From NCBI GenBank assembly GCA_963836185.1, contig CAWIIQ010000001.1, forward strand, positions 1,664,001 through 1,728,000: a stretch of DNA of 64,000 nucleotides, given 5' to 3'. The stretch comes from Candidatus Krumholzibacteriia bacterium. Lineage in GTDB: Bacteria; Krumholzibacteriota; Krumholzibacteriia; Krumholzibacteriales; Krumholzibacteriaceae. Position 1 is the stretch's first letter; each line of letters opens with the position of its first letter. Positions 22,989 to 30,988 of the stretch are shown here, piece by piece. The notes below the pieces were generated by a model. The model was not told the origin of the DNA, searched no databases, and saw only the letters and a list, made by a program, of their open reading frames with translations. The position numbers and the translations under genes were made by a program.

Positions 22989-23618
22989 CTGATTACGTAA
23001 TAGCAAGAAGAAGGATGGTAGAGGAACAACTCGTTGCCCGCGGAATAAAGAACCCGCGCATCATAGATGCCTTTCTTACTGTCCCGCGTCACCTTTTTCT
23101 CGATCCCGCCGTAAGATCAAGGGCCTACGATGGATGCTCCTTCCCCATAGGATATAACCAGACGATCTCGCAGCCGTTCATCCAGGCGGTGATGATGCAG
23201 TATCTCGACATAGATAGTTCCGACAGGGTACTCGAAATAGGGACCGGCTCTGGATACCAGACGGCAATACTCTCCCTTATCGCCAGAGAAGTATGTTCCA
23301 TTGAGCGGATAGAGGCTTTGAGCACGGCCGCTGAGACGGTCCTGAAGGAGATACCGACCGGGAGGATACGCCTCAGAGCGGGAGACGGCTCGAACGGATG
23401 GCCGTATTACGCTCCTTTTGACAAGATAATCGTATCTGCAGCCATGAGCGAATATCCTCACGACCTCCTGTCACAACTTTCTGATGGAGGGTGCCTTATC
23501 GCTCCGGTACAGGAGATCGAAGAGCAACTCGTACTTTACCGGAAAAAGGGAGAGGAGATCGAGGAAGCAGAAACTTTCCAGATGCTCCTTCGTACCACTT
23601 CTGAAAGGAGTTGGCTGA
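22985..23618 (+). CDS. pcm: Protein-L-isoaspartate O-methyltransferase, frameshift near 23561-23566
   Basis: VPRHLF, QTISQP, VLEIGTGSGYQ, APFDKI; the conserved end CSFVPLLKGVG* lies in a shifted frame ending at 23618. Confidence 0.92.
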
Positions 23619-24120
23619 TTTGGCCCCCATTTTCGCTTTTGCCCTCAATCTCTCACCCAGGGTGATGACTTTCATCCTGTCGATGCTGCCTATCTCGGAG
23701 TTGAGGGGAGCGATACCTTATGCTATATGGGTAGGGAAGATAGGCTGGAAAGAGGCATATATCATCGCCGTCATCGGCAATTTCATTCCAGTGATCCCCC
23801 TGTTGTTCTTTATGGAGAAAGCTTCGGTATGGTTGAGGAAATATCCCCTGGGGGACAGGTTCTTCACCTGGTTCTTCAACAGGACGAGGAGGAAGGGCAA
23901 GCTGATAGAGCGCTTCCACGCGATAGGGCTCACCATGTTTGTGGCCATCCCCCTGCCGGTGACGGGAGCCTGGACCGGATGCGCCGCCGCTATAATCTTC
24001 AATATTCCGAGAAAGTTCGCCATACCGTGTATTTTCCTCGGTGTACTGATCGCAGGATGCGTCGTCACCCTGGCCAGCATGGGGGTTATATCGTTCTGGG
24101 GGATAGAGAGTCATGGCTAG
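23611..24120 (+). CDS. COG2426 / putative small multidrug export membrane protein
   Basis: PISELRGAIP and FVAIPLPVTGAWTG motifs. Confidence 0.85.
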   Translation: MADLAPIFAFALNLSPRVMTFILSMLPISELRGAIPYAIWVGKIGWKEAYIIAVIGNFIPVIPLLFFMEKASVWLRKYPLGDRFFTWFFNRTRRKGKLIERFHAIGLTMFVAIPLPVTGAWTGCAAAIIFNIPRKFAIPCIFLGVLIAGCVVTLASMGVISFWGIESHG

Positions 24121-24171
24121 CGGAATTCGTTTGTGTTGGAACGCAATAAATGATATTTTACCGTCTGGCGT

Positions 24172-24249
24172 CGGGGTGTAGCGCAGTCCGGTTAGCGCGC
24201 CTGCTTCGGGAGCAGGAGGTCGCTGGTTCAATTCCAGTCACCCCGACCA
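24172..24249 (+). tRNA. tRNA-Pro(CGG)
   Basis: CGGGGTG/CACCCCG acceptor stem, CCTGC-TTCGGGA-GCAGG anticodon arm, encoded CCA. Confidence 0.96.
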
Positions 24250-24258
24250 TTTTTTGTT

Positions 24259-24828
24259 ATGACACGTCAAAGCTTATATCAATTAATTCTCCTCATCTCG
24301 TTCTCCATTTCTTTGCTGGTCTCATGCACGCCTTCGCCGAGATATCGGAGCGGGACCCAGGATACGCGCACATCGACTCAGGCTCCTTCGACGCAATCAG
24401 ACAAGCCGGGTTCAGGCGACCTCGACATTGTACTGAGCAATCCGCTCAGAGGATCGGGAGGGGGCAAGATAAACAGCCCTTTCGGCATGAGGACCCATCC
24501 ATCATACGGGACCCAGGAATTTCATCAGGGTGTTGATTTCGAGGCGGAAACAGGAGATGATGTATATGCCTCCGCCAGCGGCAGAGTGACTTACGCGGGC
24601 AATCAGAAAGGGTATGGGAAGGTAGTGATCATAGATCACGGCAGGGATATATCTTCCGTATACGCTCATCTCTCTTCGACCGCTGTAAAAAAAGGAGCGC
24701 AGGTAGAATCGGGACAGAGGATCGGCAAGGTGGGAGTAAGTGGAAACGCCACAGGCTCACACCTGCATTTTGAATTGAGAGTTTCGGGAGAAGCGGTCGA
24801 TCCGCTTGATTACATGGAGATAAGATGA
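24259..24828 (+). CDS. M23 family metallopeptidase lipoprotein (NlpD position)
   Basis: Lipobox LVSC; HQGVD, YAHLS, HLHFE. Confidence 0.9.
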   Translation: MTRQSLYQLILLISFSISLLVSCTPSPRYRSGTQDTRTSTQAPSTQSDKPGSGDLDIVLSNPLRGSGGGKINSPFGMRTHPSYGTQEFHQGVDFEAETGDDVYASASGRVTYAGNQKGYGKVVIIDHGRDISSVYAHLSSTAVKKGAQVESGQRIGKVGVSGNATGSHLHFELRVSGEAVDPLDYMEIR

Positions 24829-25649
24829 CCGGAAGGCACCCGGACGACGATATCCAGAGACAGTACTTTAATGATATCAGCAGATATCCCGTACTGACTG
24901 CTGAGGAGGAGAAGGACCTTGCCAGAAAGTCACGTGACGGGGACGAAGCAGCCAGGAAGAAGCTGATCGTAAGCAACCTCAAGCTCGTTATAACCATCGC
25001 GAAATCTTACGCATCCTACGGAGTGCCGTTCCTTGATCTGATCGAGGAAGGCAACCTGGGCCTTATAAAGGCGGTAAGCAGGTTCGATCCGGAAAAGGGA
25101 TTCCGCTTCAGCACATATTCATCGTGGTGGATAAGACAGGCGATCGTCAGGGCCATATCGAATTACTCGAGGACGATAAGGATCCCTATACATGTCTTTC
25201 AGCTCATGTCGAAGTATGTGGGGATTGAAAAATCGACAAAACACGGCACTTCCGAAGAAAAGGCGTCCGCCCTCGGTATATCAAAAAAGAGGTACAAGAC
25301 ACTCGAGCAGCTTGTCCGAAATATCCGGGCCCTCGACCTGTCAAGCTCGATAGATTCATATAGTCAGCTCGCTACAAACATGGAGGCGATCGACCCCTCC
25401 GATCCGGAAAAAATCGTACTCAGCCAGATCGAGCACGAGGAACTGTCGGCGCTGCTCGACCGCTTGTCCGAGAGGGAAAAATTTATAATCAAGGTGAGAT
25501 ATGGATTCGAGGACGGCATACCCAGAACTCTGGCCGAGACCGGAAAACTCATACACGTATCGAGGGAAAGGGTGAGGCAGCTCGAGATGCGCGCTCTGAA
25601 AAAACTGAAATTCCTCGTGGACCCTGAAAAGACAGGCACAAAAGAATAA
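24825..25649 (+). CDS. RpoS-like (group 2) sigma70-family factor
   Basis: NLKLV, DLIEEGNLGL, FSTYSSWWIRQAI, SRERVRQLE; no region 1.1; surE-pcm-M23 context. Confidence 0.88.
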   Translation: MTGRHPDDDIQRQYFNDISRYPVLTAEEEKDLARKSRDGDEAARKKLIVSNLKLVITIAKSYASYGVPFLDLIEEGNLGLIKAVSRFDPEKGFRFSTYSSWWIRQAIVRAISNYSRTIRIPIHVFQLMSKYVGIEKSTKHGTSEEKASALGISKKRYKTLEQLVRNIRALDLSSSIDSYSQLATNMEAIDPSDPEKIVLSQIEHEELSALLDRLSEREKFIIKVRYGFEDGIPRTLAETGKLIHVSRERVRQLEMRALKKLKFLVDPEKTGTKE

Positions 25650-25653
25650 AGGA

Positions 25654-26178
25654 GTGAGGATGGAGCAGGATATCAGCAGATGGATCAGGGACATCCCGGA
25701 TTTCCCCGAAAAAGGAATACTGTTCAGGGACATTACACCGGCGCTTCTTGATCCGGTACCCTTTAAAAGCATCTGCGACACCCTGACTGCCCGATATCAG
25801 GGAAAGAATATAGACAAGATCGCCGGGATAGAGGCGAGAGGCTTCTTCTTCGCATCGGTACTGGCTTACAATCTCGGGATCGGTATGATACCACTGCGCA
25901 AACCGGGGAAGCTTCCCTGGAAGACGATCTCGAGAAGCTACAGCCTCGAGTACGGCGAAGCGACGGTTGAGATGCATGAAGATGCTGTTTCTAAGGGAGA
26001 ACGGATACTCCTGGTAGACGATCTTCTCGCCACAGGCGGCACTGCCGCCGCCGCTGCCTCACTGATAGAGAGCAGGGGGGGAGTCATCGAGGAGATCGCC
26101 TTCGTAATCGAGCTGTCCGATCTCGGAGGAAGGGAAAAGTTGGGGGAGAGGCCGGTATTTTCCCTGCTCACATACTGA
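25654..26178 (+). CDS. apt: Adenine phosphoribosyltransferase
   Basis: PDFPEKGILFRDIT, EARGF, RKPGKLP, VDDLLATGGT. Confidence 0.97.
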   Translation: MRMEQDISRWIRDIPDFPEKGILFRDITPALLDPVPFKSICDTLTARYQGKNIDKIAGIEARGFFFASVLAYNLGIGMIPLRKPGKLPWKTISRSYSLEYGEATVEMHEDAVSKGERILLVDDLLATGGTAAAAASLIESRGGVIEEIAFVIELSDLGGREKLGERPVFSLLTY

Positions 26179-26243
26179 TGAGATCGAACAAAGCGTTTGC
26201 CTTTCGAGTCACTTATACATAATATACCCCTTGAGAATAATCC

Positions 26244-26320
26244 GCCCCCGTAGCTCAGGCGGATAGAGCACCGGTTTCCTAAACCGGGTGTCGCATGTTC
26301 GAGTCATGCCGGGGGCGCCA
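26244..26320 (+). tRNA. tRNA-Arg(CCT)
   Basis: GCCCCCG/CGGGGGC acceptor stem, CCGGT-TTCCTAA-ACCGG anticodon arm, CCA end. Confidence 0.96.
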
Positions 26321-26325
26321 TCGCC

Positions 26326-26362
26326 AGAGGGGAGTGGGCTATTCACTCCCCCTCTTCTTTTT
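26326..26362 (+). terminator. Terminator after tRNA-Arg
   Basis: AGAGGGGAGTG/CACTCCCCCTCT imperfect stem followed by TCTTTTT. Confidence 0.7.
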
Positions 26363-26630
26363 AAACTCATCATCCCACCCTTTCTACTTACACCCGATAA
26401 TTGCATTATACCGGACAAGCCGCAGAATTACACAGTCATCACATTCTATATTGCATGGCATATTGCATATATCCATCCACCATCCGGCAATATTCTACCC
26501 GGTCCAGGGTAGGGGTGAAGTGGTACGAGATGACGACGCGATATTCTCTATAGGCACTATCTCATACATTTGCAAGGGATTAGCGGGTAGAAAGCTTTCC
26601 AGTGATTTCTCATCATATCTTTTCATCGAA

Positions 26631-26646
26631 AGGCACGAGGTATGCA
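26631..26646 (+). promoter_or_regulatory. sigma54 (-24/-12) promoter
   Basis: AGGCACGAGGTATGCA, GG and GC at canonical spacing. Confidence 0.65.
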
Positions 26647-26711
26647 ATTCCACCAGCAGCCGGACTTCCCGGCACCGGGAGACTGAGAAATTTGCCATGG
26701 AGGTGATCACG

Positions 26712-26768
26712 GTGCTGCCGATACTTTCGATTGTTTTAATCATTGATCTGTTCTGGTGGCTTCGCTGA
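26712..26768 (+). CDS. Putative 18-aa hydrophobic peptide MLPILSIVLIIDLFWWLR
   Basis: GGAGGTGATC Shine-Dalgarno (26699-26708) before GTG; upstream promoter and downstream hairpin; alternative ATG at 26697. Confidence 0.6.
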   Translation: MLPILSIVLIIDLFWWLR

Positions 26769-26785
26769 AAATACTCTCGCTCCTG

Positions 26786-26837
26786 AAAGGTAAAACGTTC
26801 CCGTCGATAGGGGTGTATCGGCGGGAACGTTTACTTT
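26786..26837 (+). terminator. Long hairpin, probable terminator of the peptide transcript
   Basis: AAACGTTCCCGTCGATA-GGGGTG-TATCGGCGGGAACGTTT followed by ACTTT. Confidence 0.7.
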
Positions 26838-26953
26838 ATCCTCAAGATATGTTTTGTCATTAAAATATCATAATATAATCCACTTTATAAGATAGTCGGG
26901 TTATCCCACTGTTATCACAACACTTGCAAAATGATAATATTTTGATTTTTTTC

Positions 26954-26981
26954 TTGACATGGCCTTCAGGAAGATTATAAT
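26954..26981 (+). promoter_or_regulatory. Consensus sigma70 promoter with AT-rich upstream element
   Basis: TTGACA-16 nt-TATAAT, preceded by a T-rich tract. Confidence 0.85.
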
Positions 26982-26986
26982 AGGCA

Positions 26987-27159
26987 AAAGTTTGGGGCAA
27001 GCGGACTGCGCGATCGTGATTCATCGGCTCCCAAGCCAATCCTATCAAGCGAAGCGATCTTGCTGCTCAGGCCTCTGTAGAGTTGAAAAGACACGTAACG
27101 CAATGTAGTCCGTCTGGTCCCAATAAAAAATGGAGAGTGGTTCGCCACTCTCCATTTTT
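26987..27159 (+). ncRNA. Unidentified structured non-coding RNA
   Basis: Lies between a consensus promoter and a terminator with no ORF; 5' TTGGGGC..GCGGACTGCG pairs with 3' TGTAGTCCGT..GTCCCAA using G-U pairs. Confidence 0.7.
27125..27159. terminator. Bidirectional Rho-independent terminator
   Basis: AAAAAATGGAGAGTGG-TTCG-CCACTCTCCATTTTT. Confidence 0.92.
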
Positions 27160-27179
27160 CTTTGCCTGTCTTGAGGTGC

Positions 27180-29642
27180 CTACTTGACCCTGAGGATCAA
27201 AGCCGTCATATCATCCGTTACACTTCCATCCCCGAAAGCCAGTACATCACGAAACAGCTTATCCATCAGTTCGGTCATCTCGAGTGACCTGTTCGACTTC
27301 AGGAATTCGATGATCCTCTCCTCGCCGAAGTACTTTCCAGCGCTCGTTTCCTGGTCGATAAATCCATCGGTGTACGATATGAGCAGATCTCCGCTCCTGA
27401 GCTTGAGAACACCGTTGATGAAACTGGAATCGGGATCGACACCTACAAGGATCCCGCCGCGCTGAAGTTTTGTCAGACTGCCGTCGCCGCGAAGAACGAT
27501 GGGGGGGAAGGCTCCACCATTGCTGAAACGCAGGATTCCTGTCTCATCGTCGTATATGCCGTAGAAAAAGGTGGCGAACCTGCTCAATTCGCTTCTGTCA
27601 TAGAGCAGCCGGTTAAGAGCGGTCAATACCTCCGCCGGAGATCTGGCCTCTGTTGCTTCCGCTCTGAATCCGGCCTGGAGAGTCGTCATCAACAATGAGG
27701 CGGGAATACCCTTGCCGGAAACGTCAGCCACGGCAAAACCCGTTACACCGGGAGCAAGGTCGAGATAGTCGTAGAAATCTCCTCCGACCTCTCTGCAGGT
27801 CCTCATCGCTCCGAGTATCTCGGCGTTCTTCATGACGGGAGGAGAGGCGGGAAGGAGGCGTTGCTGGATCTCGCTCGCCAGATGGACCTCTTCCTCCAGT
27901 TTCTCTTTCTCCTTTGAGTCCTTGTAGAGCAACTTGTTCCTCACCGCCACGGCGCTCCTCTCTCCGAGAAGCTCCAGTATCTCAGCGTCTATCCTGCCGT
28001 AGGGCTTTCCGGAAAGTTTACGTCCGATGACCGCGAATCCCAGAAGGTCGCCATGCTCTACGAGAGGGACGATCACCGATGGATCCGTAAGCGAAAGGAA
28101 TTCTCTCGAAGTCCTGTCGAGGTTGCTGTTGATCCAGATACGATCGTAGTACTCGACCATCAGTGGCATATTTTTTTCCTGTGCTATGGATATCAATGCG
28201 GTATCTCTGGGAAGAGACGAGAGTGGTACCGCCGTTCCTGCCGGGCAGCATCCGGCCATGACGAAATTCCTGCCGCCGTCGCCGAGAAAGATAAGAGCGT
28301 ATCTGGCATCGAACATGTCGCGGAGTGTGCAGGTCACGAATTCCGTCATCTGATCCAGGGAACCATGAGACTGGATACTCCTCGAAAAGTCAAAGACCTG
28401 TTCCCGGAAGATCTTCCTGTTCGTATTGAACATCCTGTCTATCATCCCCAGCAGGCTTATGCGGGCAGGAACGAATATCGCTATCACCAGGACTACGGCG
28501 AGAAACGCGAGGAAGTAATACCGCGCGTCCAGAAAAGCGGAAAAGCTATCTCCCATGATGCCGCTGCCGAATAAAAGAGCCGCGGCGAGAACCGCCGGCA
28601 CAAGTACGAAGAACAATCCTGCCCTGAACACAAAGCTCATATCGAAGGCATCGTGTTTTAATATAGCGTATGCGAAAGAGGCCGATATAAATGACAAAAA
28701 GAGTACCGCCGCGTGCTCATGGGGTATCTGGACACCCGGCAGAAAGAAACGGGTCACCATGATCAGCAGGAGGGGAAGCACTCCAAGCGTAAGTCCGATC
28801 GCGGCTATCCGGAACTTGACCTTCTGGATACGGTCGGAACTCATGTATGTCCTGACGAAGAAGAATACACTCGCCAGCATGTAGAGGAGCCAGTATATGG
28901 ATGTCACTCCGTTGAGCGCGAGTACGAGCCCCCGTTCGATCCCTGAGGAATACCGCAGCATCGCCATGATGAACAGGGCGAGAAATATGAGGGTAGGGGG
29001 GATATACAGAGTCTTTCTTATGAAATACCTGCGGGAACCGGAAGTTATCTCCTTGCCGGGAAAGATCAGGAAGAAGTGAAGAAAGAAGGCAGGAAAGAAG
29101 ACCATGAGGAAGTCGTAGACAAGTTCACCGGCCAGGTGAAAGAACGGCACCTGAGTTACGGGCCTGATCGTGAACAGAAACGCTATGGTTAGACAGTTTG
29201 CCGTAAAGAGGAACCCGAGTTGATCCGGCCTTCTCAGGATCACAACCAGCCCGAGAAATATGAAAGTGAAAGCTGTCAGGCTGTACGCCAGTCTCCTGTA
29301 GACCCTCTTGGCTGGCTGGGGGATGCTCTTTACGGTCACCTCAAGGACTGAATATCCTCTTGCGACGGTGTAGACCTGGGATTCCAGGTCGGGGGTCGAT
29401 TCAGTGAGAAAGCGGAAATGGTTGATGTTCCGGACAGCTATACCATCGACAGCCGCAATCTCATCGCCCCTTTCCAGGCTCAGGCCTACATTGGGGCTTT
29501 CCTTATCGATCTCGAAGAATACGAGGTTATTATGGCGGATTCCGGTGTAGGGGGTATCCGGCAGCCTCGATATCCCCACGATGTCGAGAACAGTGATCAG
29601 AATAGCGCCGGCGATCAGCCCAAATCTGATGAACCTGATCAC
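27180..29642 (-). CDS. Membrane PP2C/SpoIIE (RsbU-like) phosphatase with PDZ-like, multi-TM and GAF regions
   Basis: GDEIAAVDG PDZ-like segment; about 8-9 TM; VGGDFYD, ADVSGKG, YTDG, DDMT. Confidence 0.9.
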   Translation of the reverse strand: MIRFIRFGLIAGAILITVLDIVGISRLPDTPYTGIRHNNLVFFEIDKESPNVGLSLERGDEIAAVDGIAVRNINHFRFLTESTPDLESQVYTVARGYSVLEVTVKSIPQPAKRVYRRLAYSLTAFTFIFLGLVVILRRPDQLGFLFTANCLTIAFLFTIRPVTQVPFFHLAGELVYDFLMVFFPAFFLHFFLIFPGKEITSGSRRYFIRKTLYIPPTLIFLALFIMAMLRYSSGIERGLVLALNGVTSIYWLLYMLASVFFFVRTYMSSDRIQKVKFRIAAIGLTLGVLPLLLIMVTRFFLPGVQIPHEHAAVLFLSFISASFAYAILKHDAFDMSFVFRAGLFFVLVPAVLAAALLFGSGIMGDSFSAFLDARYYFLAFLAVVLVIAIFVPARISLLGMIDRMFNTNRKIFREQVFDFSRSIQSHGSLDQMTEFVTCTLRDMFDARYALIFLGDGGRNFVMAGCCPAGTAVPLSSLPRDTALISIAQEKNMPLMVEYYDRIWINSNLDRTSREFLSLTDPSVIVPLVEHGDLLGFAVIGRKLSGKPYGRIDAEILELLGERSAVAVRNKLLYKDSKEKEKLEEEVHLASEIQQRLLPASPPVMKNAEILGAMRTCREVGGDFYDYLDLAPGVTGFAVADVSGKGIPASLLMTTLQAGFRAEATEARSPAEVLTALNRLLYDRSELSRFATFFYGIYDDETGILRFSNGGAFPPIVLRGDGSLTKLQRGGILVGVDPDSSFINGVLKLRSGDLLISYTDGFIDQETSAGKYFGEERIIEFLKSNRSLEMTELMDKLFRDVLAFGDGSVTDDMTALILRVK

Positions 29643-29679
29643 ATTTCCCTCCCGGGTCAGGACTGCCTGATGTCAGTCT

Positions 29680-29695
29680 CGCAGGAGATAGGCCT
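29680..29695 (-). promoter_or_regulatory. Possible sigma54 promoter of the PP2C gene
   Basis: Minus strand AGGCCTATCTCCTGCG; GG/GC spacing correct but weaker match. Confidence 0.35.
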
Positions 29696-29723
29696 GATGT
29701 CAAGGATTTCAGAGAGGCAGTAC

Positions 29724-29739
29724 TGGCACAAAGATTGCG
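29724..29739 (+). promoter_or_regulatory. sigma54 (-24/-12) promoter
   Basis: TGGCACAAAGATTGCG. Confidence 0.7.
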
Positions 29740-29798
29740 TTTTTCCTTGAAATCCGGGCTGATCCGATGTTTATTACAAGTGAAGGAGGTATCTGGAT

Positions 29799-30467
29799 TT
29801 GGCACATAACAGGCTATCGAAACACGACATAAAAGATGACAATTTCGTCACCACGGTTCTGCGTGCAAAGGAATTCATATATACGCACCAGAACGCGTTT
29901 TTCATCGGGCTGGTGGCGGTGATCGTAATCATTGCCGGAACCCTCTGGATGACTAACTCCAGGGAAAAGACTCACGAGTCGGCAAACTCCCAGTTCGCGG
30001 AAGCTCTCGTCTCGTTCAGGAGCGGTGATGTCAAGACAGCTGAAGAGATGTTCAAGATCATCGATGAGAGATTCGGCGGATACGAGGAGGGAGCGTATTC
30101 AGCTTACATGGCTGGAAAATGCGCTCTCGAGGACGGGCGGAATACACACGCGATCGAGCTCTTCGACAGCTATATCCGCAGGTCGGGGAAATATCCCTTC
30201 TTTCACGATGCGGCCCTGGAAGGACTCGCTGTAGCATGGGAAAACGAGCGTGACTACGACAAGGCATCGGATGCGTACCTGCAGCTCGCTGACAACATGA
30301 AAACGAATTCCTTCGTAGAGACGGCCTACCTGAGAAAGGCGGCCGATGCGCTCAAGATGAGCGACAGGAGGGAGCAGGCGATCGAGGTCCTGGAAAGACT
30401 CCAGGAACTTTCAACTGGAATAGAGAAGCGAGACATAGAGATAGAGATCGAGATCCTGCGTGGTTGA
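29799..30467 (+). CDS. YfgM-like single-TM TPR protein
   Basis: N-terminal K..IK.D.F segment, one TM, TPR helices; AAGGAGG before TTG. Confidence 0.75.
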   Translation: MAHNRLSKHDIKDDNFVTTVLRAKEFIYTHQNAFFIGLVAVIVIIAGTLWMTNSREKTHESANSQFAEALVSFRSGDVKTAEEMFKIIDERFGGYEEGAYSAYMAGKCALEDGRNTHAIELFDSYIRRSGKYPFFHDAALEGLAVAWENERDYDKASDAYLQLADNMKTNSFVETAYLRKAADALKMSDRREQAIEVLERLQELSTGIEKRDIEIEIEILRG

Positions 30468-30882
30468 TCTCATGGATGATGAACTGATAAAAACCCCACC
30501 TGACGAGAAGGAACAGACGCCTTCTCCGTCGGAGAGATCAAGGTGGATAGCCGCGGTGAGCTATCTCACTTTCTTCTGTTTTTTCTCTCTGTGGCGGTCA
30601 AAGGATGATCCCTTCATCAAGTACCACGCGAGACAGGGATTCCTTCTGCTGCTTGGAGAATGTGTTGTCCTTGTGGCGACATTCATACTGGAGGTGACGA
30701 TAGGAAAACTCAGACTGGTCGGAATGCTCGTTATAGTGATGTTCCGGCTTGCCGCGGGGCTCACGGCACTGACACTGTCTGTGATAGGCTTCGTAAAGGC
30801 GCTGTTCGGGGAGTACTGGCACCTGCCTTTCCTGGGAGATTACAGGGAAAAGGTGCCGGGTCTGCATGTCGAGGAGAACTAG
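30460..30882 (+). CDS. DUF4870-like membrane protein
   Basis: AAVSYL, DPFIKYHARQG, KALFGEYWHLPFLG. Confidence 0.8.
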   Translation: MVDLMDDELIKTPPDEKEQTPSPSERSRWIAAVSYLTFFCFFSLWRSKDDPFIKYHARQGFLLLLGECVVLVATFILEVTIGKLRLVGMLVIVMFRLAAGLTALTLSVIGFVKALFGEYWHLPFLGDYREKVPGLHVEEN

Positions 30883-30889
30883 TTTTTTC

Positions 30890-30919
30890 TTGACACCCCG
30901 AAAAACCTGCGGTTATTCT
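30890..30919 (+). promoter_or_regulatory. sigma70-type promoter
   Basis: TTGACA-18 nt-TATTCT. Confidence 0.6.
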
Positions 30920-30988
30920 GCGGTTGGTTACTAAGAGACTGTTAAAGACCAGAAGGGCATGGAAAGCTGGAAGAAGGAGGATGGAAAG

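Noticed and set aside
26712-26837. Trp attenuator reading of the peptide (tandem TGG TGG followed by a hairpin)
   Set aside because: No trp or transporter gene lies downstream on +, and I found no antiterminator alternative; a membrane peptide fits better.
26836-26950. AT-rich tract with DnaA-box-like 9-mers (TTATCCTCA, TAATCCACT, TTATCCCAC, TTATCACAA) suggesting oriC
   Set aside because: All are mismatched, no dnaA/dnaN is nearby, genes converge rather than diverge, and dif is about 4.7 kb away. Regulatory DnaA binding is not excluded.
26321-27180. Integrated element at tRNA-Arg(CCT)
   Set aside because: No integrase and no duplicated tRNA 3' end seen; the lower GC is explained by promoter and regulatory sequence.
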